Shown: positions 60,055 to 64,000 of the stretch, piece after piece
Numbering within the stretch: position 1 is the first letter of the stretch
Layout: every line of letters starts with the position of its first letter
NCBI GenBank assembly: GCA_024695465.1
Contig: JAILID010000154.1
Location: forward strand, 1,681 to 65,680
Source: Lachnospiraceae bacterium
Lineage (GTDB): Bacteria; Bacillota; Clostridia; Lachnospirales; Lachnospiraceae
Length of the DNA stretch: 64,000 nucleotides
Reading direction: 5' to 3'
Program-made: the position numbers and the translations under genes
The notes under the pieces: model-generated
Databases searched by the model: none
Told to the model about the DNA's origin: nothing
Seen by the model: the letters and a program-made list of their open reading frames with translations, nothing else

Positions 60055-61215
60055 ATGTATACCTATCATTGCCTCAACAACATTTCAGAGGCAGGCCTGA
60101 AGAATTTCACCATGAATTTCGAGGAGAAGGATTCGACGGATGTCGACGCGATTCTGGTCAGAAGCGCCGGGATGAGGGAGATGGCCTTTCCGGACCGGCT
60201 GAAGGCCATTGCCCGGGCCGGGGCGGGCGTCAACAACATCCCGCTTGATGTATGCGCCGAGAAAGGGATCGTTGTATTCAACACGCCCGGAGCCAACGCC
60301 AACGGGGTCAAGGAACTCGTGATCGCGGGGATGCTGCTGGCTTCCCGGGATATCGTCGGGGGAATCGAATGGCTGGAGAAGCAGGAGGAGACCGAGGACC
60401 TGGCCAAAAAGGTGGAGAAGCAGAAGAAGCAGTTTGCCGGGAATGAGATCAGCGGCAAGAAGCTGGGAATCATCGGCCTCGGTGCGATCGGGGTCATGGT
60501 CGCCAACGCGGCGGTCAATCTGGGGATGGAAGTTTACGGCTACGATCCCTATATATCCGTCAACGCGGCCTGGAACCTGTCAAGGGCGATCCGTCATGTC
60601 ACCTCGCTCGACGAGATCTATGAGATCTGCGATTACATAACGGTTCACGTACCGCTTACGAATGAGACGAAGGGAATGATCGGAGAGGACGCGATTCGGA
60701 AAATGAAGGACGGCGTCGTCATCCTGAATTTTGCCCGGGACGCGCTGGTGGAGGAAAAAGCGATCATTGCCTGCCTCAATAACGGGAAGGTGAAGAAATA
60801 CGTGACGGATTTCGTGACGCCGGCCATCGCCCACGCGAAAAATACGCTCGTCACGCCCCATCTCGGCGCTTCCACGGAAGAGTCGGAGGACAACTGCGCG
60901 GATATGGCGGTCCGCCAGATCATGGATTACCTGGAAAACGGCAATATCAAGAACTCAGTCAATTACCCCGCCATCGACGCCGGCATCTGCAAGTCCGAGA
61001 GCCGGATCGCGATCAACCACCGGAATATTCCCAACATGATCGCCCAGTTCACCCAGATTCTCGGCAGGACCAATATCAATATCGCCAATCTCTCCAACAA
61101 GAGCCGGGGAGAGTACGCTTACACGATCATTGATCTGGGTGAGAAGGCATCGGATGAGATTATCGAGAGCCTCAGAACCTGCGAGGGCGTCCTGAAGGTT
61201 CGGCTGGTAAAATAA
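60055..61215 (+). CDS. serA: D-3-phosphoglycerate dehydrogenase (2-hydroxyacid dehydrogenase with C-terminal ACT domain)
   Basis: NAD site is GIIGLGAIG. The catalytic region is TPHLGAST.E. The C-terminus is ACT-like (YAYTIIDL....). The RBS is GGGGGAG. Confidence 0.85.
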   Translation: MYTYHCLNNISEAGLKNFTMNFEEKDSTDVDAILVRSAGMREMAFPDRLKAIARAGAGVNNIPLDVCAEKGIVVFNTPGANANGVKELVIAGMLLASRDIVGGIEWLEKQEETEDLAKKVEKQKKQFAGNEISGKKLGIIGLGAIGVMVANAAVNLGMEVYGYDPYISVNAAWNLSRAIRHVTSLDEIYEICDYITVHVPLTNETKGMIGEDAIRKMKDGVVILNFARDALVEEKAIIACLNNGKVKKYVTDFVTPAIAHAKNTLVTPHLGASTEESEDNCADMAVRQIMDYLENGNIKNSVNYPAIDAGICKSESRIAINHRNIPNMIAQFTQILGRTNINIANLSNKSRGEYAYTIIDLGEKASDEIIESLRTCEGVLKVRLVK

Positions 61216-61482
61216 AGATCATCAGGGTGCGCGCGGACTTATACGGTTCTTTTGCCGCGCACTAAGACTTAAATCCGGCGCGTGGACGGGAAAAATGAAA
61301 ATCGTTTTTCATTTTCGATACATAATAATCGGGGGCCGTACGAGGAGAAGGACATTCTGGCGGACAGCATCATAAGGCCCGGTTTTTTCAGATAACGGGC
61401 AATTCGGCTGGCCTGTCGCGGCAGCGCGGCGCGAAGCGGGACGGCAGGCACTGCCAAAAGCCAGGATATGGAGGTTTTATTT

Positions 61483-62376
61483 ATGTCAGAAGCAGTAGAT
61501 GCAGTGGAGAACGCTGTATCCACCGGTATTGAGCTCTCTGAGTTTTGGATTGAAAAGCTGCAGTCGCTCATGGATTTTTTCATGAGGCTCGGCCTGGCCG
61601 TCGTTGTCTTTGTCATAGGCTCCAAGCTGATTGATTGGTTAGCCCATCTCCTGGGCAGGAGGCTGGAAAAGACGCCGGCCGATTCGACGATTTCGAATTA
61701 TGTGTCCTCTTTTGTCGCTATCGCCGGCAAAGTCCTTCTCGTGATCGTGCTGCTGGGGCAGATGGGGGTTAAGGACGCGACGATTGTGGCCGCCCTGGGC
61801 TCCGTGGGCGTCGGGATCGGCCTGGCCCTTCAGGGCGGCGCGGCCAACTTTGCCGGAGGAATCCTTCTTCTTGTCCTCAAACCTTTTAAGGTCGGAGATT
61901 TTATCCGCGAGGTGGAGGAGGGGAACGAAGGCTTCGTCTACAGCATAGGAATGTTTTATACGACGCTTAGGGCGCTTGGAGACCGGACCATTACGATCCC
62001 GAACAGCAAGCTTACGGATTCTTCCGTGATCAACTACACGGCTTCCGGGCTCTGGCTGGTGAATGTCAATATCGGCATCAGTTATACGGACGATATTGAT
62101 CTCGCCAAGGGGATTATGGAGAAGGCTTTCAGGGAGGATCCCCGGGTCCTTCAGGACAAACCGGTGAATATCCTGCTGGAGAGCCTGGCGGACAGCAGCG
62201 TCAAGATTGAAGTCAGGGGATGGACGACCATCGCCGACCATTTTACCGCTATGTGGGATCTGACCGAGAGGATAAAGAAGGATTTCGACCGGGCGGGCAT
62301 TACGATTGCCTTCAACCAGATTGACGTCCATATGATTGAAGAGAATAAGAAAGAAGAGAAGAAAGATGGCAGATAG
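61483..62376 (+). CDS. Small-conductance mechanosensitive channel (MscS family)
   Basis: Three TM helices, the pore helix GVGIGLALQGGAANFAGGILLLV..PF.VGD, and a beta domain. GGAGG lies 8 nt before the ATG at 61483. Confidence 0.85.
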   Translation: MSEAVDAVENAVSTGIELSEFWIEKLQSLMDFFMRLGLAVVVFVIGSKLIDWLAHLLGRRLEKTPADSTISNYVSSFVAIAGKVLLVIVLLGQMGVKDATIVAALGSVGVGIGLALQGGAANFAGGILLLVLKPFKVGDFIREVEEGNEGFVYSIGMFYTTLRALGDRTITIPNSKLTDSSVINYTASGLWLVNVNIGISYTDDIDLAKGIMEKAFREDPRVLQDKPVNILLESLADSSVKIEVRGWTTIADHFTAMWDLTERIKKDFDRAGITIAFNQIDVHMIEENKKEEKKDGR

Positions 62377-63196
62377 TTATACGAAAAAGGCGGGGGATAT
62401 CAAGCCCCCGAAGCAGAAACAGCCGAAGCCGGTCAGCAAGCCGGAGGACTTCAGCGAACCGATGAACGCGGAATCCAATATCAAAAAGGTGATTGGGATC
62501 GTGAGCGGCAAGGGCGGCGTGGGCAAATCCCTCATGACTGGCCTTCTTGCCGTGGCTGCGGGCAGGGCCGGAAAGAAGGTCGCCATTCTCGATGCGGATG
62601 TCACCGGTCCTTCCATCCCGAAAATGTTCGGCGTCCATGAAAAAGCGATGAGTGACGGGACGAATATCATCCCTGCCGTCTCAGAGGGCGGGATCAAGAT
62701 GATGTCGACGAACCTGATCCTGGATGATGAGAAGGAGCCGGTTATCTGGAGGGGGCCTGTGATCGCGGGCGTCGTCAAGCAGTTTTGGCGCGAGGTTCTC
62801 TGGGGAGATGTGGACGTCCTGTTCGTCGATATGCCTCCCGGAACCGGAGACGTTCCGCTGACGGTATTCCAGTCGCTTCCGGTTGACGGGATCGTGGTCG
62901 TGACTTCCCCGCAGGAGCTTGTGTCCATGATCGTCGAGAAAGCGGCCAGAATGGCGGAAATGATGAATATCCCGCTCCTTGGCCTCATAGAGAACATGAG
63001 CTTCATCACCTGCCCGGATTGCGGGCGCAGGATCTACCCCTTCGGCGAGGGGAAGGTGGAAGGCGCGGCGGCCGGCCATGGGATCGAATTAACCGCAAAG
63101 ATGCCGATTGAGCCTTTCCTCGCGGCGCTTTGCGACGCGGGGCGGATCGAAGCCGTGCCGGATGAGACGCTGGCGGATTTGAAGAAGTTTGTCTGA
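62366..63196 (+). CDS. Mrp/ApbC/NBP35-family Fe-S cluster carrier ATPase
   Basis: The deviant Walker A is SGKGGVGKS. DMPPGTGD and a CPDCG cysteine pair are present. The ATG at 62366 overlaps the mscS end. Confidence 0.9.
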   Translation: MADSYTKKAGDIKPPKQKQPKPVSKPEDFSEPMNAESNIKKVIGIVSGKGGVGKSLMTGLLAVAAGRAGKKVAILDADVTGPSIPKMFGVHEKAMSDGTNIIPAVSEGGIKMMSTNLILDDEKEPVIWRGPVIAGVVKQFWREVLWGDVDVLFVDMPPGTGDVPLTVFQSLPVDGIVVVTSPQELVSMIVEKAARMAEMMNIPLLGLIENMSFITCPDCGRRIYPFGEGKVEGAAAGHGIELTAKMPIEPFLAALCDAGRIEAVPDETLADLKKFV

Positions 63197-63366
63197 AAAG
63201 ATGGCGGCTTATGTCCGTCCATCGGCTTTGTAAGATGTCAGGTTGTCAAATATATCAATCCAGACTGCCCGGTCGGGCACTTTTAAGCTGTTATTCGTCC
63301 GTCTCGGGCAGTCTGAAAGCAAGATGGAGTCTTCATGAAACAACCTTGTAAAAATAAAAAAAAGGC

Positions 63367-63394
63367 TTGATTTTTTCATTTTTATGAGTATAAT
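63367..63394 (+). promoter_or_regulatory. Sigma-A promoter of tRNA-Thr (TTGATT-16-TATAAT)
   Basis: The hexamers were read directly. The -10 ends 14 nt before the tRNA 5' end. Confidence 0.7.
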
Positions 63395-63408
63395 AGATGA
63401 AGTGAGTT

Positions 63409-63481
<73 letters not shown>

Positions 63482-63485
63482 CTTT

Positions 63486-63519
63486 AACGGAACTGTGATT
63501 CATTCGCAGTTCCGTTTTT
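63486..63519 (+). terminator. Rho-independent terminator after tRNA-Thr
   Basis: aacggaactg / cagttccgtt followed by ttt. Confidence 0.8.
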
Positions 63520-63544
63520 GATTGCGGATGAAGGATTTCGCGTC

Positions 63545-63573
63545 TTGACTTTTTTTTATGGGTATGATAACAT
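63545..63573 (+). promoter_or_regulatory. Sigma-A promoter of tRNA-Leu (TTGACT-17-TGaTAACAT)
   Basis: The hexamers, spacer and TGn extension were read directly. Confidence 0.6.
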
Positions 63574-63587
63574 ATCTAAAGCATTTC

Positions 63588-63670
63588 GCTGGTGTGTCGG
63601 AATGGCAGACGAGGAAGACTCAAAATCTTTTGTGGGCGACCACGTGTGGGTTCGAGTCCCACCACCAGCA
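63588..63670 (+). tRNA. tRNA-Leu (anticodon CAA), class II with long variable arm
   Basis: Acceptor gctggtg/caccagc, anticodon stem gaaga/tcttt with loop ctCAAaa, variable arm gtgg-gcga-ccac, T arm gtggg-ttcgagt-cccac. It is 83 nt. Confidence 0.9.
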
Positions 63671-63678
63671 TCATTTTC

Positions 63679-63723
63679 GGACCCGCAGACCCTTCCTTTT
63701 AAGGGCGTGCGGGTCTTTCTGTT
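63679..63723 (+). terminator. Rho-independent terminator after tRNA-Leu
   Basis: ggacccgca...ccctt / aaggg...tgcgggtc followed by tttctgtt. Confidence 0.75.
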
Positions 63724-63761
63724 ATAACGCCGCCCGCGGCGTTCGAGAGGAGGTGGAAAAA

Positions 63762-64000
63762 ATGACTTTTGAAGAAAAAATAGAGCGGCTTGCCGGGGAG
63801 GCGGAGGAGGAATTCTTCCTCGATCTTGCCAACAGCGGCTTTGCTTTCGACCGCCTGATCGACGGGGAGACCATTGCTTTCCGCAGGTCCAAAGACACCG
63901 CGGTCGGGGAAAGGGTCGAGACGGAATTCTTCTGTTTCCCCCAGAACGGCCGGAAGGACAAGATGAAGATGGGGATGCTGCTCCGCTTCACGGTGAGGCC
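63762..64000 (+). CDS. Hypothetical protein, N-terminal part (3' end outside the window)
   Basis: GAGAGGAGGTGG lies 5 nt upstream of the ATG. The frame is open to the window end (79 codons) and codon usage matches the neighbours. It is absent from the ORF track, presumably because it has no stop codon. Confidence 0.6.
   Translation, partial: MTFEEKIERLAGEAEEEFFLDLANSGFAFDRLIDGETIAFRRSKDTAVGERVETEFFCFPQNGRKDKMKMGMLLRFTVR

Noticed and set aside
63722-63991. 89-aa minus-strand ORF
   Set aside because: It is antisense to a + strand frame that has a strong GAGAGGAGG RBS and native-looking codon usage.

Overview
This is a 64-kb chromosomal segment from a high-G+C Firmicute. The gene order is Clostridia-like and most genes have AGGAGG-type Shine-Dalgarno sites. 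Nearly all genes are on the + strand and tightly packed, often with ATGA or TAATG start/stop overlaps. Most of the window is conserved housekeeping: asp23-yloV-recG, mgsA-rsmD-coaD, pepD, a small alarmone synthetase, rsmF, lepB-recU, hisZGD plus a hisIE fusion, a radical-SAM/DUF2344/RNase G triad, rplU-prp-rpmA-obg-yhbY-nadD-yqeK-rsfS, pta-ackA, rpmF, acpP-rnc-smc-ftsY, split metH, tgt-yajC, serA, mscS, mrp and tRNA-Thr/tRNA-Leu. Three regions stand out. (1) Bases 1-6865 hold a sortase-dependent surface-fibre locus that parallels streptococcal FCT pili. It has two substrates with non-canonical [VI][AS]PTG sorting signals, a signal-peptidase-like protein lacking its Ser/Lys dyad, and a class B sortase with a long repeat-rich, multi-TM C-terminal extension. 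(2) Bases ~46.1-49.45 kb are visibly lower in G+C. This stretch carries a YjbR-MGMT fusion, a stand-alone vWA protein, and a four-gene cassette (Phd/YefM-like, DUF3791-like, DUF3990-like, DUF3791-like). The central protein of that cassette shows a PARP-like H-Y-acid NAD-binding signature, and I rank this cassette as the best candidate for an undescribed toxin/defence-type system. (3) Bases 59703-59892 are a 190-nt non-coding element built from nested perfect inverted repeats, with no recognisable family. The many long ORFs antisense to real genes are rejected as high-G+C artefacts. All family assignments come from motif recognition by eye; no searches were run.
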